From: Promethearchaeota archaeon
GTDB taxonomy: Archaea > Asgardarchaeota > Lokiarchaeia > Sigyniarchaeales > SOKP01
Direction of reading: 5' to 3'
DNA: 64,000 nt
NCBI GenBank assembly: GCA_019057795.1
Contig: JAHLWS010000065.1
Location: 123,486 to 187,485 of the forward strand
Part shown: in pieces, positions 36,918-47,058 of the stretch
How the letters are laid out: every line of letters starts with the position of its first letter
Position numbering within the stretch: position 1 is the first letter of the stretch
The notes under the pieces: model-generated
The model's database searches: none
Told to the model about the DNA's origin: nothing
What the model saw: the letters and a program-made list of their open reading frames with translations, nothing else
Translations under genes and position numbers: made by a program

Positions 36918-39035
36918 TCATACATCTAAAACATTTGCTTGATCAAAATTGGCTATAATAAATTTCTTTCGTGATTTTACTTCTTTACCCATCAGTTTCG
37001 TAAAGATCAAATCATTCTCAATGTAATCTTCGTACATTACCTTCTTTAACGTTCGAGTCTCTTTATTCATCGTCGTATCGTAAAGTTCTTCGGGGTTCAT
37101 CTCCCCTAATCCCTTATACCTCTGAATTTTTACCGTATCTACATTTTTTAGCTTGTATTTTAATTTAATACTTTTTAGTACTTCTTCTTTTTCTTTATCA
37201 GTAAAAACATAATGCTTTGATTTTTTATAAGATACTTTGTAGAGGGGAGGCATAGCCATATATAGGTATCCACCGTCTATTAATGGTCGCATGTATCTGA
37301 AAAAAAAAGTGAGCAGTAGTGTCTCTATATGTTTTCCATCAATGTCAGAATCACACATTATGATTGTTTTATGGTATCTTAACTTATTTAGGTCAATATT
37401 GTGTTCAGGTTCCTCGGCCTCCCCGTTCTCCCCTGTCCCTTCAGTCTCCCCATTCTCGCTTTCAAAATCATTAATTTCATTAAATTCCTGAATTCCAACA
37501 CCTAACGCTTTAATAATCGCTAGAATTTCGTTATTTTGTAATATTTTGTCCATTCGAGCTTTTTCTACATTCAATATTTTTCCTCTAAGAGGAAGTATTG
37601 CTTGATAACCCCTATCTCTTCCTTGTTTTGCTGAACCACCAGCAGAATCGCCTTCAACAATAAAGATTTCGCATTCTTTTGGATTATTAGAAGAACAATC
37701 AGCTAGTTTTCCGGGCATTCTTGCGCTATCCAATACAGATTTTCTACGGATTAACAATCTCGCTTTTTGGGCGGCTTCCCGTGCTATTTTCGCGTTAATC
37801 GTTTTCAACACGAGTTTTTTAGCTATTTGAGGGTGTTCTTCTAAGTATTGAGTCAATTTTTCTGTAACTATTTGGCTTACAATTTGTCTAACTTCGGGAT
37901 TACCTAGTTTGATTTTCGTCTGACTCTCAAATTGAGGGTCTGGTAATTTAATAGAAAGTACAGCGGATAAGCCCTCTCTAGTATCCGTCCCACTAAGGAC
38001 GTGTTCTTTGTACTTTTTTTCCATAAAATTTTCAATATACGAATTAAAAGTCCTAGTGAGTGCGGATTTAAACCCTGTAAGATGGACACCTCCTTCCACA
38101 GTATGAATTGTATTAGCATATGTAAGAATATTTGTTTGGTATGTGGTGTTGTACTGCATAGCTAAATCGACGTAAATTAACGCTCCATTTTCGTTTTCAG
38201 CCGAATCGCTTATAAACATAATGTCATTATGTAGAGGTTGCTTATCTTTATTCAAATAAGAAATAAATTCTTTAATTCCACCTTCGTAAAAAAATTCTTC
38301 TTTTTCGTCTTTAATTTTATTATGGAGCTCAAATCGCGCTTGAGGCGTTAAAAAAGCGAGTTCGCGCATCCTGTTAGAAATTGTGGAAGGATTATAAATT
38401 ACTTCATTTTTATCGAAATTAAATATCTCATCATCCGGATAAAAAGAGATTTTTGTGTAAGAACCTGTTTCTGTGGTTTTTGTAATGGTTGGCTCCGTAA
38501 CTTTAACGCCCCGTGAAAATTTTTGTTTATAGATAAGACCATCTCTACAAATTTCTACATCTAACCATTCTGCTAAGGCATTAACTACTGAAAGGCCAAC
38601 ACCGTGTAACCCCCCGGAAATCTTGTAGCTTTTATTATCAAATTTTCCTCCAGAGTGTAGATATTCCATAATAACTTCTAAGGCAGGTTTATTATATTCA
38701 GGATGGTTGTCAATAGGAATACCGCGCCCATTATCAAAAACTAACACAGAATTATCTTTAAAAAGAGTTATTTTAATCTCGTTAGCATATCCCCCAATTG
38801 CCTCATCGACAGAATTATCCAAAACCTCAAAAATAAGATGATGGAGCCCTTTCTTTCCTTGATCACCAATATACATCGCAGGGCGCTTTCTGACACCTTC
38901 TAAGCCTTTAAGAACTTGAATATCATCCGCATCGTAAGAGTCTTTTTTAGAAGGGTTAATGGATAAAGAATTATTTTCTTTTTCAGGCATAAGAATTTCA
39001 TTCTTATAATTAATTAATTGTAAAGGTAAAATCAT
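36918..39035 (-). CDS. gyrB: DNA gyrase subunit B
   Basis: VRKRPAMYIG, DNGRGIP, SGGLHGVG, EGDSAGG, PLRGKILN, RYKGLGEM. The true start is probably the Met of MPEKEN. Confidence 0.98.
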   Translation of the reverse strand: MILPLQLINYKNEILMPEKENNSLSINPSKKDSYDADDIQVLKGLEGVRKRPAMYIGDQGKKGLHHLIFEVLDNSVDEAIGGYANEIKITLFKDNSVLVFDNGRGIPIDNHPEYNKPALEVIMEYLHSGGKFDNKSYKISGGLHGVGLSVVNALAEWLDVEICRDGLIYKQKFSRGVKVTEPTITKTTETGSYTKISFYPDDEIFNFDKNEVIYNPSTISNRMRELAFLTPQARFELHNKIKDEKEEFFYEGGIKEFISYLNKDKQPLHNDIMFISDSAENENGALIYVDLAMQYNTTYQTNILTYANTIHTVEGGVHLTGFKSALTRTFNSYIENFMEKKYKEHVLSGTDTREGLSAVLSIKLPDPQFESQTKIKLGNPEVRQIVSQIVTEKLTQYLEEHPQIAKKLVLKTINAKIAREAAQKARLLIRRKSVLDSARMPGKLADCSSNNPKECEIFIVEGDSAGGSAKQGRDRGYQAILPLRGKILNVEKARMDKILQNNEILAIIKALGVGIQEFNEINDFESENGETEGTGENGEAEEPEHNIDLNKLRYHKTIIMCDSDIDGKHIETLLLTFFFRYMRPLIDGGYLYMAMPPLYKVSYKKSKHYVFTDKEKEEVLKSIKLKYKLKNVDTVKIQRYKGLGEMNPEELYDTTMNKETRTLKKVMYEDYIENDLIFTKLMGKEVKSRKKFIIANFDQANVLDV

Positions 39036-39277
39036 CTGTTCTTAATTGAACTTAAGTGATAATTTAACAATTTACATATAATATAAGGAATTAAAATGTT
39101 ATAAATGTTAGCACATTTTATCGTCGCTTGAAACCGAAGAATAATAGAATAAATTAGCTGAAAACATGAAATATTTTTAAAAATCGCTGTTTTACAAAAA
39201 ATAAGGCTAATTTTTACGAGGTTTAAAAGATTGAGCTTGATTTTATAACTTTTCCGTTTGTCTAAAAGGAGGGAGGT

Positions 39278-40141
39278 TTATTGGTTTTTTCTGATTTCTT
39301 CTGCTATTTTTATGAATTCCATTAATTGATTATTTATATCATGCGTTCGGACAATATGAGCCCCATTATATACTGCAACAGCAGTTGCGGCAAGAGTTCC
39401 GTTTAGTCTATTTTCAGGGTCAGGTATGTCTAAAGTTGTTCCTATAAAAGATTTTCGAGATATTGCCACTAAAATCGGTTTTTCTAGAATGCGGAGTTTA
39501 TTTAAATTACCAATTATTTTTAAATCATATTTATGAGTTTTTCTTTCGATCCAATGGCCAATGCCCGGATCTAAAATAACTTTCTTCGTATCATAACCCT
39601 TTTTTTTTAAGATTTTAATAGTAGATTTAAATTCTTCTATGATTTCTTCAATTGTACATAAATCACCAGGAACAACTTTAGAAGCCATTAAAACAATAGG
39701 TAAGTCGTGCTCTACTATAAAATCTATTATCGTAGGATCGGTTTTTAAGCAACTCACATCGTTAATAATAATTCTTTTTTTGTGTTTTATAGCAATGTCA
39801 TATGTTTGTTGAGCAACTTCCCGATATTGTGTGTCGATCGAAATTACAATCTCATTTGGGATAATTTTACATACGAGTTCCATTGAAGGCATTAAACGGT
39901 CGAGTTCTTCTTTTACAGTAATTTTTTTTGACCATGGTGCTGTAGAGCGGGCACCTAAATCCAATATTTTCGCCCCTCCATCGATCATTTCTAAAGTTGC
40001 TTTTTCTAATAGCGTTAGATCGTTATATACAGAGCCTTTATAGAACGATTCTGGGCTTAAATTCAATACGCCCATTATTACCGTTGGAAAATTATCTCCT
40101 ATTTCTAAAAAATCAAAAAGTCTTGCATAAATTTCATTCAT
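39278..40141 (-). CDS. folP: dihydropteroate synthase
   Basis: IMGVLNLSPESF, STAP, SIDT, INDVS, LDPGIG, SRKSF, RTHD. Confidence 0.92.
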   Translation of the reverse strand: MNEIYARLFDFLEIGDNFPTVIMGVLNLSPESFYKGSVYNDLTLLEKATLEMIDGGAKILDLGARSTAPWSKKITVKEELDRLMPSMELVCKIIPNEIVISIDTQYREVAQQTYDIAIKHKKRIIINDVSCLKTDPTIIDFIVEHDLPIVLMASKVVPGDLCTIEEIIEEFKSTIKILKKKGYDTKKVILDPGIGHWIERKTHKYDLKIIGNLNKLRILEKPILVAISRKSFIGTTLDIPDPENRLNGTLAATAVAVYNGAHIVRTHDINNQLMEFIKIAEEIRKNQ

Positions 40142-40271
40142 AGTCGTTATCTATATCAATTCTCCTTACGATTTTGTTTTTTTGTTTACAATTTCTTTTG
40201 CTTTATTTTTAAAATAATCGTTATCTATTTGTATAAAAATATTTCAAATAAGTTTAATTCTTTTAATCACC

Positions 40272-41069
40272 ATGAAATTATTTTCAATAAGGCTCCCTCT
40301 AATTAAAGAGAATGAACCATTATTAAGAATTTTAATAGAGCAACTTAAAAGAGAAGGAGAATCATTAAAAGAAGGAGATGTTATTGTTATCGCAGAAAAA
40401 GTAATTGCTACTTCCCAGGGGAGAGTTAGAATTTTATCTGATGTAAAAAGCGTCTCAGATGAGGCTAAAGATTTGGCTACCAAGTATGATATGGACGAAA
40501 AATATGTAGAGCTAATTTTGGAAGAATCTACTATGATATTAGGGGGGTTAACACACGTTATTTTGGCAAAAGTTAACGATTTTTTAATCGCAAATGCCGG
40601 GATCGATCAATCCAACGCCGGTCCAGATAAGGTTATTCTATTACCAGAAAATCTTAATCAAGTTGTTTGGGAATATTGGAGAGATTTAAGAAAAGAATTC
40701 AAAATAAAAAACCTTGGAGTGATCATTGCAGATTCGAGAGTTCAGCCTCTAAGAAAGGGGACAATTGGCATAGCAATAGCTACAGCCGGTTTTGAGCCTA
40801 TTGAAGATTTACGTGGACATCCAGATTTATTTAACCGTCCATTAGAAATTACGATGAGAGCAATCGCAGATGACCTTACCAGCGCAGCACAATTTCTTTT
40901 GGGTGAAGCGGATCAACAGACGCCAGTAGTAATCATACGTGGAAGTAATATAGAATTCACAGAAAATCCACAATTAACCACGGAAATGCCTCCAGAAGAA
41001 TGTCTTTATATGAATATTTTTTCCAAATACCTCCTGAAACAGAAAGAAGATTCAATAGATAAAATTTAA
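40272..41069 (+). CDS. cofE: coenzyme F420-0:L-glutamate ligase family protein
   Basis: VIAEKVIA, ANAGIDQSN, IIADSRVQPLRKG, DLFNRPL, GEADQQTP. Confidence 0.88.
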   Translation: MKLFSIRLPLIKENEPLLRILIEQLKREGESLKEGDVIVIAEKVIATSQGRVRILSDVKSVSDEAKDLATKYDMDEKYVELILEESTMILGGLTHVILAKVNDFLIANAGIDQSNAGPDKVILLPENLNQVVWEYWRDLRKEFKIKNLGVIIADSRVQPLRKGTIGIAIATAGFEPIEDLRGHPDLFNRPLEITMRAIADDLTSAAQFLLGEADQQTPVVIIRGSNIEFTENPQLTTEMPPEECLYMNIFSKYLLKQKEDSIDKI

Positions 41070-41233
41070 TTTAGTAATGATATTCTTGATTATGGTGATT
41101 AGATTTCTTGTAGGGATATTTTGGATAAGAAAGGGCTTGACAGAATATGATTTTAATTCAGATATACTTCCAGCATCTGGAGATCAGGTGAAGTAATGGA
41201 AGAAAAATTTTATATTTCCTAAATATTATGGGC

Positions 41234-42721
41234 TCATCCAATTACATGATAATGTAAGGAAGAATGATGGTAATATCTTGGAGATATAATATAAGCTAAA
41301 GGTCTTTTTCTCACATATTTTTCTAAATCTTTTTCTAAGAAAGTATATGCTAAAAGATGAACAATTGGGATTATTAATTGTGTCCATTCATCATATTGGC
41401 TTTGTAAGAAGCTATTTTCAATTGTGATGATTTTAGGATTCATTGCTAATAAGAGAGCATATTCAATTAATTCAGGTATAAACTTGGCACTTTGAGCTCG
41501 TAAGATGTTAGTTTCTGCCCTTAATAAAATCATCCAAGTTTCCTTAACATCCCATGGAAATAAAGCTGAAACTGATGCAAAGAATTTAGAACCTTCAGGA
41601 ATATCACGCAATAAATCATTAAAAAAGTTTAATTTTGATAGATCTCCTATAAAGGGGATAACAAATGAAGCATATACAACTTCCTTATTACTTAAAGAAC
41701 CTATCGGTTTATCCTTAAAGATTTTAATTAAATTTTTTTCATATTCATCACCCAACGCTTTACTTCCATGATGAAGAGACCAGTTCGAGAATAATCTTCC
41801 TATCATTGAAATGGCTTTTGTCATTTTTTGCTTTAGACCATAAAAATATAAAGATTCTTTTATGTCATGAGCGGGATTATCTTTTCGATATTCATATTGC
41901 ATATTTTTTTCAATTTTTAGGATATCTCTATTTGTGTCAGGTATGCTTAATTGAGGATTTCTCATAAAATTAATAGAAAGTGTCATCATTCTCTTCTCTG
42001 CTTGATTATAAGTATATTCTCTTTTTGATATCGAGTTAAACGCTTTCTCTAATCCGCCAAATGTATTTAACAAATAAACCGCCCAAATTGGAGAAAATAC
42101 TCCCGTTTTCATTATATCGCCCACTCTATCAATTAAGGATGAAAATTCTTCATCAAGTTGATCGATAAGATTAACCAAGTCGTTTAAATCCCTTGATAAA
42201 AACCGTTCTCGAGCTTCAATCTCATCAATCATATTATCTCCTATAGGTGTTAAGACTACATTTTTTCCATTGACTCGTACAGCTTGATTAATGGATTGCT
42301 TTTGATCATTTAATTTCAAAATTTGATCCTTAATAATACTGACTTGAGTATCCATTTTTTTTATCTCATTCTTTAATTTAGAGATTTGAGACTTCAGCTT
42401 CTTTCCTTTTCCAATTAGTAGATAACTAACTAACTTACTACCTAGAGAAGCATGTTCATATTCTCTTTCTATAGATAATAACTCCTTATTTAGTCCATGA
42501 ATCTCGCTATTTAGTCGATCATAATTCATTTTAAGAGTATTTATCTCACTTTCCATTGGTAGAACGGCACTTTCTTTTCTTTTATTTTTTATTATTTCTT
42601 TCCAAATGTATTCGCTAATAAAGGAGAATTTCAATAAATCTGAAATCTCATCAGAAGAACAAGGAATATCATTCCTTTTTTTAATCGATGTTAATATTTC
42701 TAAAGCTCTTTTACAATCCAT
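41234..42721 (-). CDS. hypothetical protein with long coiled coil and helical C-terminal domain
   Basis: 495-aa ORF; heptad-rich region at about aa 50-145; starts 1 bp after the upstream stop. Confidence 0.8.
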   Translation of the reverse strand: MDCKRALEILTSIKKRNDIPCSSDEISDLLKFSFISEYIWKEIIKNKRKESAVLPMESEINTLKMNYDRLNSEIHGLNKELLSIEREYEHASLGSKLVSYLLIGKGKKLKSQISKLKNEIKKMDTQVSIIKDQILKLNDQKQSINQAVRVNGKNVVLTPIGDNMIDEIEARERFLSRDLNDLVNLIDQLDEEFSSLIDRVGDIMKTGVFSPIWAVYLLNTFGGLEKAFNSISKREYTYNQAEKRMMTLSINFMRNPQLSIPDTNRDILKIEKNMQYEYRKDNPAHDIKESLYFYGLKQKMTKAISMIGRLFSNWSLHHGSKALGDEYEKNLIKIFKDKPIGSLSNKEVVYASFVIPFIGDLSKLNFFNDLLRDIPEGSKFFASVSALFPWDVKETWMILLRAETNILRAQSAKFIPELIEYALLLAMNPKIITIENSFLQSQYDEWTQLIIPIVHLLAYTFLEKDLEKYVRKRPLAYIISPRYYHHSSLHYHVIG

Positions 42722-42722
42722 T

Positions 42723-43898
42723 TTAATTCACCATTTCAAGTAATGGAATTTCTACTGAGGGAACTTCAGTCCTCTCTAATACTATTAATAAATCTTTATT
42801 GTGATTTTTTGTATATGCGAAACTGTCTCGATTTATAGCAAGTTGGACGAGAAGTGCTAATTCTTCTCTCTGTCTATTCCAAGACATCTTTGAACCTTCT
42901 AATTGGTGACGATATGAATCTATTTTAACTAAGGCAAAAAGAAATTCAAAAACTAATTTCTCCCACTCCTTAGATTGAGTTTCTGCGAATTTGTCTTGAG
43001 GTACAGTTTTCCATATCAATCCTTCTAAGTCAGCAAAGTGAATCGTACCATCAGGAGCTACCACGCAATCTTTATCTAGCCATACATCTTGATATATAAT
43101 CCCTGTTATGTTATCTCCTTCTTTTTTTGCTGACCTCAAAAATAAAGACAATAATGCTATCCCGCTTTTGATAAAGTTAATTTCAAATTTTTCAATAAGT
43201 TTTTCGGTATCTAAATCAAATAACGAAAAGAAAGAACTAGGATTTGCAACTAAACGAGAAGATTCAAAATACAATCGTATGTTCGAAGGCATTAGTCTAA
43301 TTTCTTGATAAAAATGATCTTTATAGGTACTAAACCAAAAGAACTTACGAGCCATTTCTTCAATTTCAGGAGGTAATTGTACGACTCCTATGACCGGGCA
43401 AATGTGAGCACCATTGATGGAATCTAATTTTGCTAACTTGGAGAAAGCTAACTCATCAAAGGCATTGATAAAACCTTGACAACCATATGGGCTTTCTCCC
43501 ATCCACGATTCGCCCATAATAAAACCTGTTCCTGTTGTTAATTTATCTACAAGATGAAGGCATGTAGAATCGCGACAAGCATTTCGTATATGAAGAGGTG
43601 ATAATGGATTTCCTTGGTACATATCTTCATATGCTCCACAACCTTTAATAGCTAAAAAAAAAGTTTTGCCATTTAAATTGACTGAAAATTCTGGAAATAT
43701 TGCGTTGCGATTTTCATCTTTTATAGCATTTAGTTTTGGTTCTTTGATATCGTGTAATTCCGCCGTAGCGGGACCTATGTATCCTTTTATCCATTTCTTA
43801 TATGATTTGAATTGCGGATTTATTGCTGAAATTTCTGCATTTACGGAATATAATTTTAGATCAATTGAATCATGAAGAAATTGTTCGAAAGTATTCAA
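42723..43898 (-). CDS. SelO/YdiU-like protein-kinase-fold protein (putative AMPylase)
   Basis: LAIKGCG, AFDELAFS, QEIRLMPSNIRL and HFADLEG are collinear with SelO LKGAG, IRExLxS, RVAPSHLRF and DYG. Confidence 0.6.
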   Translation of the reverse strand: MNTFEQFLHDSIDLKLYSVNAEISAINPQFKSYKKWIKGYIGPATAELHDIKEPKLNAIKDENRNAIFPEFSVNLNGKTFFLAIKGCGAYEDMYQGNPLSPLHIRNACRDSTCLHLVDKLTTGTGFIMGESWMGESPYGCQGFINAFDELAFSKLAKLDSINGAHICPVIGVVQLPPEIEEMARKFFWFSTYKDHFYQEIRLMPSNIRLYFESSRLVANPSSFFSLFDLDTEKLIEKFEINFIKSGIALLSLFLRSAKKEGDNITGIIYQDVWLDKDCVVAPDGTIHFADLEGLIWKTVPQDKFAETQSKEWEKLVFEFLFALVKIDSYRHQLEGSKMSWNRQREELALLVQLAINRDSFAYTKNHNKDLLIVLERTEVPSVEIPLLEMVN

Positions 43899-45571
43899 AA
43901 GCGTCTCACCTTTACTTTAGGCATTTTAATTCCAAATAAAGTAACCGTTCCCAATTTTGGGGCATCAAAGTCATCATAAATATTTTTTGCAGGGCTATTC
44001 CATTCAGCAATTTCTGTTATAGCAGAATTACATCCTAATTCTTTTAAAATTGATAATCGAGCATTTACTAGTGCTCTACCAATTCCTTTATTTCTGAAAG
44101 CAGGATGAACATACAGACCATATAACCATCCAGTTTCTTTTCCTGGAGTAGCAAATCCAACACCTAATAGTACTCGGTCTAAATATATTTCTGGTTTTCT
44201 ATATTTTCTTCTGAGGATCTCATTTAAGATCTCTTTAACCCATTCTTCTTTAGGAGAAGCTGTTGCGATAACAATAATATCACTCTTCGCTGATTCAATA
44301 ACCCATTTTGCATCCTTTTTTTTGGTAGTACCGCTATCTTCATTCGCAATCAATCTCATGATTGCATCTAAATCTTGAGCTGTTGCAGGCTCAATTAGAT
44401 TAGCATCATAATGAACTTCCATTCCCTGCAAGTATTCAATCTTAAACACTTCATATTTCTCGATAGTTTTAAAACCAAAGAGTCTAGAAAGTTCAGCGTG
44501 GGCATATTTTACTTTAGTATATAATATTAAGTCCTCAGAATATTTTCCAAAAAATGTCCCAACCTTTCCATTCGGTTCAATAAATCCGATTCCTTTGAGT
44601 TTTTCTTGATTATGAGCAGAAACGATTGTTTTTCCTTGAATTTTTGCTCTGGAAAGATATGCAAGGATCATTTCTGAATAAGGAGAATCAATGGAAAATT
44701 CTAATCCTCCTAGCATTTTTCTTTCTACAACCACTTCTTGCTTTTTACCTCGCGCTCTTATAACTCTTGGTTTCCATCTATAATGTTCATAGACTACGTA
44801 AAAAATTATAGCCAAAAATAATAATGGAGCCCAATAGGTCAGGAGATACATCCAAATGCAAAATGGGCGTAAATAACTTGAAGATGTTATAAATACATAT
44901 GAATTCAATACAAATTCTGAATAATAACCACTACTATAACCAATATTTTCTTCGTGTAATACCTCTCCAATTAAATACCCTTCAGGAGTAAAATATTCAT
45001 CAATTGTGTAAGTAGCTTCAAATTGTCCATATACATCATCCCTTGAATATTGCCCCGCAGAGGTTAATCGTTTTCCTGTAAATGGCATGAGATGACCTAA
45101 CCAAATCAAACCATCACCAACAAATTCATAAGTCTCAGTAAGCATGGAATAGGTATCAGTTTGAATTCCCCCTGGTATGTGAAACCAGACGTTTAGGCCC
45201 GTAGCATTATACTCTTGATCACCAAAAGAAAGATATTGTCCATCTATTAATGAATAAGTAAAATGATAATTATCCCTTCCCCCATAATCCTCTTCTAGAT
45301 ATCCTTCAAGCCAACTCTGAAATGTCCAAGTAATTACACATGAGACACTGGCAACTGATCCACTATAATCAACTTCATAATGTCCATTTGCCCTAAAGTT
45401 CTCCGTATAACCTAAATACCATCCTCCAGTTCCAGTAATATCCCAATTGTAAACATAATCAAATTCAAGGTCATGATCTGTAAACTTTATACCAAGATAC
45501 GGAATTCCAAATAATTGAATGAAAATTGAAATTATCAGCATTAATAGAAATAATATCGATCTTTTTTTCAT
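43895..45571 (-). CDS. membrane-anchored GNAT acetyltransferase with extracellular domain
   Basis: N-terminal signal/TM, aromatic- and acid-rich domain, second TM (IWMYLLTYWAPLLFLAIIFYVVY), C-terminal LYVHPAFRNKGIGRAL...WNSPAKNIY. Confidence 0.8.
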   Translation of the reverse strand: MKKRSILFLLMLIISIFIQLFGIPYLGIKFTDHDLEFDYVYNWDITGTGGWYLGYTENFRANGHYEVDYSGSVASVSCVITWTFQSWLEGYLEEDYGGRDNYHFTYSLIDGQYLSFGDQEYNATGLNVWFHIPGGIQTDTYSMLTETYEFVGDGLIWLGHLMPFTGKRLTSAGQYSRDDVYGQFEATYTIDEYFTPEGYLIGEVLHEENIGYSSGYYSEFVLNSYVFITSSSYLRPFCIWMYLLTYWAPLLFLAIIFYVVYEHYRWKPRVIRARGKKQEVVVERKMLGGLEFSIDSPYSEMILAYLSRAKIQGKTIVSAHNQEKLKGIGFIEPNGKVGTFFGKYSEDLILYTKVKYAHAELSRLFGFKTIEKYEVFKIEYLQGMEVHYDANLIEPATAQDLDAIMRLIANEDSGTTKKKDAKWVIESAKSDIIVIATASPKEEWVKEILNEILRRKYRKPEIYLDRVLLGVGFATPGKETGWLYGLYVHPAFRNKGIGRALVNARLSILKELGCNSAITEIAEWNSPAKNIYDDFDAPKLGTVTLFGIKMPKVKVRRF

Positions 45572-45872
45572 CGGATTTAATCAACTCTAAAGAATTTAAT
45601 TGGATGATTACTAATTTTATTAGATTGAATTTTACACATTAATATTATGATCGATCTAACTATATTCCTATATAAAGTTTGTTTAGATTAACTCAATGTA
45701 ATCAAAACTTTTAAATAGGTATTTTAAAATTGATATGACATTTTGGATTTATAGAAAATAAGCAATTTTCCAATTCAATTTTCCGTCTATTACAAAAAAA
45801 TAAATACTATTTAAAATAAAATTTCACACTTTGAACTTAAATGAAATTGAAAAATTTCTAAAGAAGATAAGA

Positions 45873-46898
45873 TTAGATGATTTTCAATCTCTGTAATAAT
45901 CCAGTAATTAAAATTGGTAATGCTATGGTTGCATCACACCATACGCTTATATATTTTGATTCTAAAGAATATTTTCCCCAACTTTTTGATTCAGAAATTG
46001 TACACCCTGAAAGACCCCCATCGTATTCGGTAGCAGTATGTATTCTAACTGAATAATTATACCCCATCCTCTCAACTTTTTCAATTTGATCAAGTAAGGG
46101 AAAGATTTGTTGAGCCCAATTTCTAGGAACACCCCCTCCAACTATTAAAGTACCACATTTTCGGGATTTTCTTATAATATCTGCAAATTTTAATACATCT
46201 CCAAGAATATCAAAATTGAACTTATAATCTTCTTTTATAGAATATTTGATTAAGTTTAATGCAAATTCAGAATCAGAAAATGCAGGGACAAAAATAGGAA
46301 TGTTGTTTTTAGCAGCCACAGCTAAAAGACTTCTTTTATTTAATTTTTCACCAACTTTTCTTAAAAGATCTGATGGTAAAATGTTAATTTCTTTAATTTC
46401 AAAGATTTCATGAATTATCTCTAATAAAACTTCTTCAACTATCTTATAATTTTCTTCAGGTAGTAAAGTATCATATATTCTATTAATTCTCAATTTAAAC
46501 AATTCATCATCATCTATGGTAGCACTTCCAATATAATGTCCTACATCAGTTAATGCATCTACTAAATCATGTATGATATTTGCTCCTGTGGTAATTAAAA
46601 CATCAATTAATTTATGGTCTATTAATGTGTAAATTAATTCTCCCATACCTGCGGGAATCATAGCACCACTTAAAGTTAATACAGTTAAAATGTCAGCATT
46701 ACTAACCATTTTATAAAGAATATCTAAAGCTTTCCCTAGGTTTCTTCCTTGAAATCCACAAAACTTAAGGGCTCTTAAAAGATCGTCTACATTTTTCACT
46801 TCATTAACATCAAACGGAGTAATTTTTTGAATTAAGTAATCTTCTTTATGTATTTTATACATATTTAAAATTAAACATTCTATATTTATTAAATACAT
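45873..46898 (-). CDS. deoxyhypusine synthase-like protein
   Basis: GFQGRNL, TTGAN, PAFSDS, GGGVP, DGGLSG...ESKSWGK, DATIALP. Confidence 0.9.
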   Translation of the reverse strand: MYLINIECLILNMYKIHKEDYLIQKITPFDVNEVKNVDDLLRALKFCGFQGRNLGKALDILYKMVSNADILTVLTLSGAMIPAGMGELIYTLIDHKLIDVLITTGANIIHDLVDALTDVGHYIGSATIDDDELFKLRINRIYDTLLPEENYKIVEEVLLEIIHEIFEIKEINILPSDLLRKVGEKLNKRSLLAVAAKNNIPIFVPAFSDSEFALNLIKYSIKEDYKFNFDILGDVLKFADIIRKSRKCGTLIVGGGVPRNWAQQIFPLLDQIEKVERMGYNYSVRIHTATEYDGGLSGCTISESKSWGKYSLESKYISVWCDATIALPILITGLLQRLKII

Positions 46899-47058
46899 CT
46901 ATACAAATTTTTTTAAAAAAATTCAATTAAATTTTTTAGAAATCCCCAATTTGCAAGAATGTAATTTTTTTTTAATTATCTAATATTCTCTTATAATCGA
47001 AAATGAAGGAAGATTCAATAGATAAAATTTAAAGATATATCAGAACTTAAATAAAATC

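Noticed and set aside
41077-41196. 39-codon ORF or possible C/D-box RNA between cofE and the cassette
   Set aside because: Too short, no motif, and no convincing C and D box pair.
41234-43898. Selenocysteine read-through associated with the SelO-like gene
   Set aside because: The SelO-like ORF ends in TAA. The TGA-ending neighbour runs into another stop within a few codons, and I could not identify a SECIS.
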